The notes: generated from the letters alone by a model not told the origin. 43,935 bases of DNA from a virus (IMGVR_UViG_3300032253_000248:1-43935); one strand, 5' to 3'. Positions 27,793 through 36,664 are shown, numbered from the stretch's first letter. Program-made: numbers and translations.

Positions 27793-28578
27793 TTAAGCCT
27801 CCTCCTTCATAAAGTCCATAACTGCACTCATACCAGCTTCTACTTTTGGGCTAAAACCCATTGATGAAGTCTTTTTGTGTTTTGGTTTTTCAACTAAGCC
27901 TTGCCAATTGTTTATAATCGCTTCATCCACCATTGCTTCAACATCATAATTTTGAGAGTCATATTTTCTAAGCTGATTACCAAAGCGTTTAAGTGCTTCA
28001 TCACTCATTGGTTTTTTCATTTTGATACGATTTTTTACAAAGTCAATTAGCGTATCTTCACTTATTGGAATTACCCCCACTATTTGACGGTTAAAAGAAT
28101 ATTGACGGTTATATATATAGTATGGCATGTCCACATTTTTAACTTCACCGTGTCCACATTTTTCATTTTTCACCGTGTCCACATTTTTTTCAATAGGCTC
28201 TGTAGCGATTTGGGGCGTGTCCACATTTTGAGTTTCACCTTGTCCACATTCTATTTTTTTAGAGTTTCTTGTTCTTCTTTTCTTCTTAATTTCTATATGA
28301 TTTTCAAATGAAATAGACAGGTCTAATTTGTAAATAGTTGATGAAAAATTGCCATTCTTTTTAGTTCTTAGTTCACGAGTTATAAGCCCTATTTCTTCAA
28401 AATCATCAAGTATCATATTTAATGTACTTCTACTTATTTTTGCTCGTTTTATAATTGTTTCTTGCTTTGGAAAACACTCACCATCATCATTAGCCCAATC
28501 ACATAACGCAATCAAAACTAAGAGGTCATTTGATTTAAGTGGAGTGTCCCAAGCTTTATCTATTAATTTTACACTCAT
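27793..28578 (-). CDS. Replication initiator with N-terminal HTH
   Basis: LVLIALCDWANDDGECFP motif; internal iterons; NNWQGL C-terminus. Confidence 0.85.
   Translation of the reverse strand: MSVKLIDKAWDTPLKSNDLLVLIALCDWANDDGECFPKQETIIKRAKISRSTLNMILDDFEEIGLITRELRTKKNGNFSSTIYKLDLSISFENHIEIKKKRRTRNSKKIECGQGETQNVDTPQIATEPIEKNVDTVKNEKCGHGEVKNVDMPYYIYNRQYSFNRQIVGVIPISEDTLIDFVKNRIKMKKPMSDEALKRFGNQLRKYDSQNYDVEAMVDEAIINNWQGLVEKPKHKKTSSMGFSPKVEAGMSAVMDFMKEEA
28084..28250. repeat. Replication origin iterons
   Basis: TGTCCACATT at 28128, 28151, 28176, 28218 and 28241; TTGACGGTTA at 28084 and 28102. Confidence 0.85.
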
Positions 28579-28799
28579 GACGCCACCCTCTTCTCTAAAT
28601 AAGAAGCTGGCAAATAATAAACCTTATATCTAGCGCCACTTTTAGCTGATTGGTCGAAATAATCTTCTATCGGATAACCCTCAGCTTTGAGGTCAGAGAT
28701 TCTGCTCCTGAGTGAAGTTCCATATCTCTCTAAGTTCGAGAGCATATCTACATGGTCGCCTTTAAGTAGGTCGTCCAGTATTCGTTGTTTTTGACTCAT
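28575..28799 (-). CDS. Small winged-HTH protein
   Basis: SQKQRIL..L..G and LRSRISDLK.EGY.I pattern. Confidence 0.75.
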   Translation of the reverse strand: MSQKQRILDDLLKGDHVDMLSNLERYGTSLRSRISDLKAEGYPIEDYFDQSAKSGARYKVYYLPASYLEKRVAS

Positions 28800-29338
28800 G
28801 ATAGACTATCCGCCATTTTGTGGATAATCTGATAAAGTCTTTCCATTTCAGGGTTTCTATATAAATGGATGCCGTAAGTGAATGGCTTTCTCATGTTGTG
28901 TTTATTTGCTTCTACATAGGCTTTTGCACTTTTATCTGTTAAGAAAAAATTACCTAAAGTATGACTTGTAAAATCATCTTCTACTGTATATCCATATACG
29001 TTAATAGGTTCACTTATGAGTTCATTTATGTCATATTCATAGTTGCGAAGGTTGTCTAAATCATCAATATCATGACTCTTTATAAAATCTATAACTGGAT
29101 GACTTTCTGCATCTTCTAAATAATAATCTTCTAGTGACTCTATAAAATCTTCAAAGCTATAATATTCACTTTCATTCCAATGAACAGCCTTATTATCGCA
29201 GTTATCAAAGTCTGCAATTTGTGTTGTTTTACCGCCAATAATTAAACCGTATGGCTGTGCCGTACCTCTATTGTCTTGTGTCTTCATCTCGTGTGATAAA
29301 TTTTTAATAAAGTCTATATCTTCTTGTGTAAGTTTCAT
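28796..29338 (-). CDS. Phage hypothetical protein with TQDNR motif (start likely ATG 29338)
   Basis: GGAGA RBS; TQDNRGTAQP and RNPEM motifs. Confidence 0.6.
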   Translation of the reverse strand: MKLTQEDIDFIKNLSHEMKTQDNRGTAQPYGLIIGGKTTQIADFDNCDNKAVHWNESEYYSFEDFIESLEDYYLEDAESHPVIDFIKSHDIDDLDNLRNYEYDINELISEPINVYGYTVEDDFTSHTLGNFFLTDKSAKAYVEANKHNMRKPFTYGIHLYRNPEMERLYQIIHKMADSLS

Positions 29339-29580
29339 AAAGCATCTCCCAATACTATTCCTCATCAAAGCAAGCCACCCAAGCGTATTAGGAGTTAAGA
29401 GCGAATGGCTTTGATGAAGGCTCTTTATTGGCATTTGGTACAATACGTGTGTTGTATTTCAAATGCGACAATTCTTGTGGGTGGTAGAGAGACTAACTTG
29501 GCGGTCTGACTCTCTATCCACATCTACTAGCCCAACAATGAGTTGAGCCAATAGAACGGATTACTTAACAATTAATCCAT

Positions 29581-30087
29581 TCATTCATTTTCATCAATCT
29601 CTTTCATATTATTTTTCAACATCAGTTCTATTTTTCGTTCCATACCTCTCATCATTTCTAAAATTTTGTTAATATCGCTAGTTTCTTTTTTATCAATTTT
29701 TCCATCTTCTGATGCCTCTTTCGTTAAATTTGAAAGATTCCCAGTCAAAGAACTTATTTCAAGAACACCCATTAGTAACCCATTGACAATATCTCCACCA
29801 TCAGGCATTGCTTCAATTGGGTCAAATACAGTAAGCCCACGTTCGGCACACATTGCTTTCAAGATTGAATCATCATCAGTTATTTCACATAGTTCTAAAA
29901 CTTCTTCAACTGTAAGTAATGCATCCAGAGCTGACGGTTTTAATTTATTATCAAGTGTCCCTTTCACGATTCCTAAATCCATTGCAATATCTTCACGGTC
30001 TAAACCATTGGCAAGGCAATAATCTTTAATTGTCTTCTTTGCGGACTTTGTAACATTTGTGTTTTTACCTAAGTGACCTTGATTCAT
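29581..30087 (-). CDS. CII-like regulatory protein
   Basis: HTH (IAMDLGIVKGTLDNKLKP) and DGKID..E motif; downstream of cro. Confidence 0.75.
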   Translation of the reverse strand: MNQGHLGKNTNVTKSAKKTIKDYCLANGLDREDIAMDLGIVKGTLDNKLKPSALDALLTVEEVLELCEITDDDSILKAMCAERGLTVFDPIEAMPDGGDIVNGLLMGVLEISSLTGNLSNLTKEASEDGKIDKKETSDINKILEMMRGMERKIELMLKNNMKEIDENE

Positions 30088-30104
30088 TTTATTTCCCTTT
30101 GTAC

Positions 30105-30305
30105 TTATGTTTTAGATTTAGAACTGTTACTATTCACTATATAAGATTTGATGTCACGCCAAGCGTTCAAAGGTATTCTTTGTAAGTCTTTTAAAGCAAA
30201 AGCTTTTGCCATAGTCGGCACTTGTTTACCTTGAAGTATTTTTTTAATACTGTCGTCTGAGTAACCAAATCTTTTTAGTTTTTTAACAAATATATCTTTT
30301 TCCAT
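30105..30305 (-). CDS. Cro-like HTH protein
   Basis: 66-aa basic HTH divergent from the repressor. Confidence 0.75.
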   Translation of the reverse strand: MEKDIFVKKLKRFGYSDDSIKKILQGKQVPTMAKAFALKDLQRIPLNAWRDIKSYIVNSNSSKSKT

Positions 30306-30311
30306 AGGGTA

Positions 30312-30395
30312 ATGATAATTTAATTCCCCTTAAGAAGATATAAAAATGGGATTATTATTCCCTTTAATGTAGTTACAATGGTAAAAATATTCCCT
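30312..30395. promoter_or_regulatory. OR: three operators with divergent -10 boxes
   Basis: ATGATAATTTAATTCCCC (30312), ATGGGATTATTATTCCCT (30346), ATGGTAAAAATATTCCCT (30378). Confidence 0.8.
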
Positions 30396-30409
30396 TTAAG
30401 GATAAAATT

Positions 30410-30826
30410 GTGTTTGATAAAGATAAATTAAATAATTTAATAGTAAACTCTGATTACAAGTCGAATAAAGCACTTATGATTGATTTGAACAATCTTGGTT
30501 TAGATATAAAAGAGGATGCTATTAAGAAGTGGCGACAAGGTAATTCTGTCCCTAAAATTAATGCTATGCCTTTTTTAAGTGAGCTTTTTAAAGTACCAGA
30601 ACAAGACTTTTTTACTGATGCAGACCAAAAGAGGGAACAGATAGCAATTGAAGAAATTACAAGCAAACCTAAAAAATACAGCACATCAATATCAAATGCA
30701 TATTTGTCTACAGTATCACCTGAAATGAAAGAATTTTTAAATTATTTTGACCGACTTCTTGATGATGAAAAAGAATCTTACTATGCTGATGTCAAGAACA
30801 AGATTGAGAAAAGACTTAAATTCTAA
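30410..30826 (+). CDS. CI-like XRE repressor lacking an S24 peptidase domain
   Basis: AIKKWRQGNSVPK...LSELFKV HTH; AAGGA RBS; only 138 aa. Confidence 0.8.
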   Translation: MFDKDKLNNLIVNSDYKSNKALMIDLNNLGLDIKEDAIKKWRQGNSVPKINAMPFLSELFKVPEQDFFTDADQKREQIAIEEITSKPKKYSTSISNAYLSTVSPEMKEFLNYFDRLLDDEKESYYADVKNKIEKRLKF

Positions 30827-31677
30827 TGGTTGAATACCACTCTCTTAACGCTAATATTATAGAAATAATATTAAGCGAAGAGGCTGGTAAATTTTTTATT
30901 CTTGTACATGCTGAAGATGGGAAAGTATATCAAGTTAAATTAAATGCTCCTAACCAGAAAAACAATATAAATGAGTATATTTCACATCATATTGCAACAG
31001 TTGTCGATGCCCCTGTCTTAGATGCAAAATTTTTATATTTAGATAATGTTGAAATAGAAAAATTAAATAATAAACTTCTTGAATTATCTTTAAGTGCAGA
31101 TATTCATATAAATCATAAGAATTATTTTTTTGGAATAGAATGGAAGCAAAATATAACAAGTGTAAAAAGAGAAAAAGATTTAGTTAAACGAATCAACGAG
31201 GCTAGCAATAGAGATAAATTCTATTCACTTTATCCATTAGACCAATATCTAAAAAACTACGATAGACATATAGGTAACCACTTAATAGTAAAAACTGGTA
31301 ATTCTGTACAATATTACTTAATTGATTTTGATAGAATTTTTGCATCTACTAATTGGGGTATGATGTTTAGTTTATTTAAAAACTTTGATTGTCTTGCACT
31401 AAAAGACTACCATCATTTTTTAAGCTCTCTTATTGATAATTCTAACTATGATTACGTCTTAAAATACGCCAATAGCTTTTCTTCGATTGAAGACGCAGAA
31501 ATAACTTCAATTATAGAAAATATTAAGTATATATATCATATAAATGACGTAGAGTTAAAGTTACTAAATGAATGGCTAAGTCACAGAAGAGATAATATGT
31601 TTGACTCTTGCTATGACAATATAAAATGCTTCAAAAGAGTAAGTCAACAAAGGTTTAAAGATGTTTATAGACAGTAG
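30826..31677 (+). CDS. HipA-like (PI3/4-kinase-fold) protein kinase
   Basis: YQVK lysine, NE helix-C glutamate, NYDRHIGN catalytic loop, LIDFD Mg-binding motif. Confidence 0.88.
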   Translation: MVEYHSLNANIIEIILSEEAGKFFILVHAEDGKVYQVKLNAPNQKNNINEYISHHIATVVDAPVLDAKFLYLDNVEIEKLNNKLLELSLSADIHINHKNYFFGIEWKQNITSVKREKDLVKRINEASNRDKFYSLYPLDQYLKNYDRHIGNHLIVKTGNSVQYYLIDFDRIFASTNWGMMFSLFKNFDCLALKDYHHFLSSLIDNSNYDYVLKYANSFSSIEDAEITSIIENIKYIYHINDVELKLLNEWLSHRRDNMFDSCYDNIKCFKRVSQQRFKDVYRQ

Positions 31678-32470
31678 AGGTAAAGATGTCCACCATTACG
31701 ACTACTCTCTTATACAATATAAAAATATTTTAACGCACGAAAACTATAACCTAGGATTTGTTTTATTTAGCAATGATAGAAAAATGGTTCATGCCCCTTC
31801 AAAAATAAATATTTTAGATAACTGCCTTGATTTAAAAGAACATGCAGGAATTAATTACTCAATAAAAATTTTAAAAGAAGATGTTTTAGAAAATGATGAT
31901 TTTCTATCAGGAAATATATCAAATTCACTTAGCCTGTCAGAACTCTATGGATATTCTAGTAAAAAAAGTATAGAAGAAGTGTATGAAGAACTTTTGGGAC
32001 AATTTATAACATTGAAAAAACTTAGAACTATCGAAAATGAAAAACACCTTTTTAAATATGATAAAAGATTTATCCTCAACAGTATTGATGGCAAGGCAAA
32101 AGAATTAGGCGTGAGGAATTTCGTAAAAAAACACCTATTCCCTATCTCTCATAGGCAAATAGATATGGCTATAGTTGATAAGAACAACAATCCATATGTT
32201 GTATCAGAATTAGCATCTTTACATGTTGATAGTTTCGATGATAGTCTTGATAGAGCAATAATTATACTTCAACAAACAATATTAAGAGATGACATTGTTA
32301 AAGATAGATTTTTATATGTGCCTAAAAAGAAAGATGTTCTAAATAAATTAGAAATTAAACGACTCTCTAGGGCAAAAGAATTAACAAAATCCCTAGGTTT
32401 TGATATTATCACTGACCCTAATGAAGAAGCTGTTTTAGAAAGATTACAGCAGTATAAACTAGTTTCTTAA
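31661..32470 (+). CDS. DUF3037-like protein with possible C-terminal restriction-endonuclease-like fold
   Basis: YSLIQY.....HENYNLGFVL N-terminus; IDMAI...VSE; overlaps the kinase stop. Confidence 0.7.
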   Translation: MFIDSRGKDVHHYDYSLIQYKNILTHENYNLGFVLFSNDRKMVHAPSKINILDNCLDLKEHAGINYSIKILKEDVLENDDFLSGNISNSLSLSELYGYSSKKSIEEVYEELLGQFITLKKLRTIENEKHLFKYDKRFILNSIDGKAKELGVRNFVKKHLFPISHRQIDMAIVDKNNNPYVVSELASLHVDSFDDSLDRAIIILQQTILRDDIVKDRFLYVPKKKDVLNKLEIKRLSRAKELTKSLGFDIITDPNEEAVLERLQQYKLVS

Positions 32471-32471
32471 C

Positions 32472-33149
32472 TCACTTAATATTGTGTAAACTTCTTGCAA
32501 ATCTTTGATAGTCGTCAAATGTAGTTATCTTATTAGATGATTTAACTTCAAGCCCCATACTATCAATTTCATCTACTCTAATATTGATAAGTATATCTTT
32601 TTGAGCTGGGGTTAGACTTTTTTTGGACATTATTAACGTTTTATAATTATCAAGTGCTCCCCTATATAAATGGACAGATGCTTTTTTTATATTCGTATCA
32701 AAACTTGTCTCACTTGTGCTTAGACCTTCAAATAAATGTGCCATAGCATTATTAAATTCAATCATCCCTTGCTTTAATAAGCTCGAAGGGGACACTTTAG
32801 TAAAATCTGCTGTTGCCTCATTAAACTGATTAAAAGCCTTCTGTACATTAATCATTTTAGAAAGAGACTTCACAAAATACTTATTCTTGCAATCTATTTT
32901 GGCTTCTACTTTTTTATAAGTAGCTATGTCACCATTTTGACAATAACCGTTAACAGTAGTTTTTAAACTATTAAGTATTTTTTCTTTATCTTTAGCACTA
33001 ATTGTTTTTTCATTTATCCCATAAAATGCTTTATAGAATTCATTTATTACTTTTATATTGCGCCCTTGGAGGCTTTCAAATGTAGCTATTAAATCTTTTG
33101 TAATAAAAGTGCAATATATAGAAAAATATTCAGTGTAGTATTTTTGCAA
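32472..33149 (-). CDS. All-helical HEPN-like protein
   Basis: EFNNAMAHL and ASVHLYRGALDNYK motifs. Confidence 0.5.
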   Translation of the reverse strand: MQKYYTEYFSIYCTFITKDLIATFESLQGRNIKVINEFYKAFYGINEKTISAKDKEKILNSLKTTVNGYCQNGDIATYKKVEAKIDCKNKYFVKSLSKMINVQKAFNQFNEATADFTKVSPSSLLKQGMIEFNNAMAHLFEGLSTSETSFDTNIKKASVHLYRGALDNYKTLIMSKKSLTPAQKDILINIRVDEIDSMGLEVKSSNKITTFDDYQRFARSLHNIK

Positions 33150-33155
33150 GAATGT

Positions 33156-33359
33156 CTAAGCTTTTTTTAATATTTCATCAATAATTCTACTACTTGCAAT
33201 CATATCGTCATTAAAATAATCATCTGTTTTTGAGATGTTTCCAGTTAATCCTTGCTCATTGTCTTTCACAGTTAATTTTTCCACATCTCCTGCTAGTATT
33301 TCCTTGGCTTTTGTAGTGTAATCAAAACCATTAAATTCTTCTTGTATATTTTTATCCAT
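33156..33359 (-). CDS. Small acidic protein, possible antitoxin or partner
   Basis: AAGGA RBS; ends 6 bp before the HEPN-like gene. Confidence 0.55.
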   Translation of the reverse strand: MDKNIQEEFNGFDYTTKAKEILAGDVEKLTVKDNEQGLTGNISKTDDYFNDDMIASSRIIDEILKKA

Positions 33360-33497
33360 CTCATTCCTTAATTAAAGATTGCTTATGTGAATGTAATCGC
33401 CAAACTGCAATCAAAAATAGGCATCAATAAGCCTTAATATATATAGTATATATCACATACTGAAATATACTACCTAAAAAAATATTTAATAAACATA

Positions 33498-33530
33498 AAG
33501 GAATATATGTAAAACTGACATATATTCCTT
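33498..33530. repeat. Perfect 13-bp inverted repeat
   Basis: AAGGAATATATGT-AAAACTG-ACATATATTCCTT. Confidence 0.85.
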
Positions 33531-33551
33531 GAAAAAGAATATTTGCAATAA

Positions 33552-33604
33552 ATGGGAATTTAATTACCAATTTAAACTTAGATTAAGGGGAATAATATTA
33601 CCAT
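33552..33604. promoter_or_regulatory. OL: two operators overlapping the PL -10 (TACCAT)
   Basis: ATGGGAATTTAATTACCA (33552) and GGGGAATAATATTACCAT (33587) match the OR consensus. Confidence 0.8.
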
Positions 33605-34121
33605 TCTCTTATGCAACCAATCATTACAGAGTTGCACATAACCATGTGATATGGCAATGGCGAGAGCTTTGAGTTTATGTTGAATTCAGAAGTACCACAC
33701 TCGACTACGGTAGGAAGTGTTGGAAACAAGGGGTGGCCACCAAATAGCTAACAACTTTCAAATAAGCACTTTTTGTTGAGACAGCCTATTTAATTAGGGA
33801 AGTGGGTCAAAGTAAACTACTATCCCACCTGATGAATAAGTGTTTATAGAGAGTTAAAATTAAACACAATTGATTACCTATTTTGTAAAGCTTCTGAGTT
33901 TGTTGAATCGGGTTTAACAGGTGAGCTGAAATAGATTAATTGAAAGTGTTAAGAGGTCTTATGAAAGGAGAAATGACCTCACTACTCTACCCTTTTTCTT
34001 TGCAGTTCAAGGGTAGCAATTACATTCACCAAGCCACCGTTCCCCACCCCCCCCTTAAATTAGAAATCCTTTCCATTTTAACGGTGGCGTTGTGAGTGTA
34101 AAAAAATAATAGGAGCATAAA

Positions 34122-34379
34122 ATGTCAACAATCTCAGTAAGAGAAAAAAATGAATTAAATACGGCAGAACAACAAGCAATGTCTTTCATAAAACAAAATA
34201 TTGAAGTAGAACGTGAGCTTACTGCTGGTGCAACGTCTATGCCTTATTCTGATGTGTTAAGAGTGAAGAATAAAAAGAAAGCAGTTGTAAAAGAACTTAA
34301 AAAGTCTATGAATAAATATCATAGATTAGGTGGGCTAAAAACAGCCGAAGAGCTGAGAATTGTCATAACAAGAGGATAG
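34122..34379 (+). CDS. Hypothetical early protein
   Basis: AGGAG RBS; first long ORF of the PL operon. Confidence 0.7.
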   Translation: MSTISVREKNELNTAEQQAMSFIKQNIEVERELTAGATSMPYSDVLRVKNKKKAVVKELKKSMNKYHRLGGLKTAEELRIVITRG

Positions 34380-34383
34380 GCAA

Positions 34384-34542
34384 ATGAAAGTAACCATTAA
34401 AGATGCAGAAGAGGCAATCAAATACGTTGGTTTTAGTATGCCTGAGATACGAGCTTTTGTAGCTGGCAAGAAATCAAGAGTTATTAAAACTTATGAAATT
34501 CAACCCTTAAGGAGTGAGTCATGTTTGAGGTTAACAGCTTAG
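34384..34542 (+). CDS. 52-aa hypothetical protein
   Basis: GAGGA RBS; MKVTIKDAEEAIKYVG...; fills an operon gap. Confidence 0.55.
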   Translation: MKVTIKDAEEAIKYVGFSMPEIRAFVAGKKSRVIKTYEIQPLRSESCLRLTA

Positions 34543-34640
34543 GGAACTTAATAATAGTCGCAATAACAATTTGTTTAGTCACGCTACCTATTGTTGATTA
34601 TGTAGCAGAAAAATTTGTAAATAAATTATTGGGGGAATAA
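34521..34640 (+). CDS. 39-aa single-TM peptide
   Basis: AAGGAG RBS; LIIVAITICLVTLPIV; stop abuts the next ATG. Confidence 0.6.
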   Translation: MFEVNSLGNLIIVAITICLVTLPIVDYVAEKFVNKLLGE

Positions 34641-35633
34641 ATGAACGAACAAGAGAACAATACAGCACCAGTGCTATCAGAGATAAAGTTTCCAGTGTCT
34701 ATGGGTGAGATAGATAACTTACTAGTAGAATATAAAGATATTCCAGCAATTGACCCTGAAAGTGATGAAGCTGGTGAACAATATCAATTTGTTTTAGCAG
34801 GACACAAAAAGTTTATAAAAGCAAGAACATCAATTGAAAAAGTGCGTAAAAGTTTAAAAGCACCAGCTATTGATTATGGTAAAAAAGTTGATGAACTTGC
34901 AAAAGAATTTCAATCAAAAATAAGCTCAACAGAAGCCTCATTAAAAAATGCAAGAGAAGCTGTTGAACGTCATGAGCAAGAAAAAATGTTCCAAGCGGAA
35001 GAAGCTGAAAGACTAAGAGTAATGAAGAATGAGACTATTATTAAAACTCTTCAAAATGTACCTCTTGATTTTATTGACTCTTCATCTCAAGAAATAGATG
35101 TTTATTTAAACTCTATAACCGCTCCTACAGTTGAAGAACTTGAAGAGTTCTATGATAGAGCGATAGAGGCTTATAATAAGACTGTGGCTCAATTGAAAGG
35201 CATGGTTGGAACTAAGACAAAGGCTGAACAAGCAGATAAACTTGAAGCCGAAAGACAGGCTCAAATCCAAAAAGAAGATGATGAGCGTAAAGCAAAATTT
35301 GAAGCTGAACAAGCTGATTTTAAACGTAAACAAGAAGAGTTTAAAAAACAGCAAGAAGTTCAATCAGAAAATCTTAGGTTACAACAAGAAGAGATTAATA
35401 GACAAAGAGCTGAAAATGAAGCAGAAGAACTGCAAAAAAGGCAAGAAGTTGAACGTATCGAACGTGAGAAGCAAGAAGCTAATGAGAAAAAACGTAAAGA
35501 GAGAGAGGATAAAAAACTCTTTGAGAAAAGACAGCACGAAGCTAACAAAGCTATTGGTGCAAATCAAGTTGGACTTCTTAATGCAATTATTAATGGGGAA
35601 ATTCCACATGTAAAATGGATGCCAGATGAGTAA
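34641..35633 (+). CDS. Coiled-coil protein (DUF1351-like) of the recombination module
   Basis: RTSIEKVRKSLKAP...GKKVD motif; E/Q/K-rich; GEIPHV C-terminus. Confidence 0.65.
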   Translation: MNEQENNTAPVLSEIKFPVSMGEIDNLLVEYKDIPAIDPESDEAGEQYQFVLAGHKKFIKARTSIEKVRKSLKAPAIDYGKKVDELAKEFQSKISSTEASLKNAREAVERHEQEKMFQAEEAERLRVMKNETIIKTLQNVPLDFIDSSSQEIDVYLNSITAPTVEELEEFYDRAIEAYNKTVAQLKGMVGTKTKAEQADKLEAERQAQIQKEDDERKAKFEAEQADFKRKQEEFKKQQEVQSENLRLQQEEINRQRAENEAEELQKRQEVERIEREKQEANEKKRKEREDKKLFEKRQHEANKAIGANQVGLLNAIINGEIPHVKWMPDE

Positions 35634-36261
35634 TAGCCCAGATAGTGTATATGAGATACTTAGTAAAATTAATATGCAACAATTCATTAAGGCAAAACAG
35701 AAGCAAAGATTTATCCCTTGGTATTCAGCTTTTGATGTAGTCCAACAAAACTTCCCTAATATGATTTATGAAGTCTTGGAAAATGATTTTGGACTTCCAT
35801 TTTTTGACTCTCCTTACGGAATTTTTGTTAAGACAAAAGTTACTATCCAAGATAGAACATTACCTATGATTTTGCCAGTTCTTGATGGTGCAAATAAAGC
35901 TATGAAAAGTGAGCGATACTCTTATAAGGTTAAAGAGTATAAGAACAGTAAATTTACAGGCAACTATACTGATAAATATGTAGAACCAGCGACAGCGTTT
36001 GATATAAATACGTCTATTATGAGGTGTTTAACCAAAAATATTGCTTCTTTTGGACTAGGTCTTTATGTATATGCAAATGAGCAAATGCCAAAACTGATAG
36101 CAATTGACTCTGAACAGCTAACAGCTCTTGCAAAGCTATCAACAGAGAAAAAAGTAAACTTAGAAGTTCTCAATAAAGCATTTGGGGTCAATAAGACATC
36201 TGAGCTTTATTCTATTAATTTTGAGAATGCCCTTATGTTTATAGAAGAAAATGCTTCTTGA
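35626..36261 (+). CDS. Sak-type single-strand annealing protein (DUF1071)
   Basis: LPVLD..NK and FDINTSIMRCLTKNIASFGLGLYVY motifs. Confidence 0.88.
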   Translation: MSNSPDSVYEILSKINMQQFIKAKQKQRFIPWYSAFDVVQQNFPNMIYEVLENDFGLPFFDSPYGIFVKTKVTIQDRTLPMILPVLDGANKAMKSERYSYKVKEYKNSKFTGNYTDKYVEPATAFDINTSIMRCLTKNIASFGLGLYVYANEQMPKLIAIDSEQLTALAKLSTEKKVNLEVLNKAFGVNKTSELYSINFENALMFIEENAS

Positions 36262-36664
36262 ATTTATCAAAGGTCAAAACAACCAGTTAATCCCATCTGA
36301 TAATGAGACATTTGAAAGAATGCAAAAAATCAAGATTGGTGATACTGTATTCGTTGAATATAAGCCAAGAAGGAACTATCAGTTCCATAAAAAACTTTTC
36401 TCTTTATTGAACTTCGTATATGCAAATCAAGACCATTATAAAAGTGTAAATAATATTCTTGAAGCAGTTAAATTCAGAGCTGGTTATTTTGAAGCGATAC
36501 TTTTTCATACTGGCGAACCACACTATAAAGCAACATCAATAGCATTTCACGCAATGGACGACATAGAATTTGAAGAATTTTATTCTAAAGCAATTGATGT
36601 TTGTTTAGAACTCATCCCTATGGGAAAACAAGAACTGGAAAACGCAGTTTTAACTTATTTATAA
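36251..36664 (+). CDS. DUF1367-like protein
   Basis: RNYQFHKKLFSLL and SIAFHAMDDIEFEEFY motifs. Confidence 0.8.
   Translation: MLLEFIKGQNNQLIPSDNETFERMQKIKIGDTVFVEYKPRRNYQFHKKLFSLLNFVYANQDHYKSVNNILEAVKFRAGYFEAILFHTGEPHYKATSIAFHAMDDIEFEEFYSKAIDVCLELIPMGKQELENAVLTYL

Noticed and set aside
29339-29443. N-terminal extension of ORF 28796..29443
   Set aside because: RBS supports ATG 29338; the upstream sequence forms hairpins
33650-33742. tRNA ending in CCACCA
   Set aside because: No T-loop GTTCRA or consistent cloverleaf found
35206-35613. Overlapping Lys-rich ORF in an alternative frame
   Set aside because: By-product of GAA/CAA-rich coiled-coil coding
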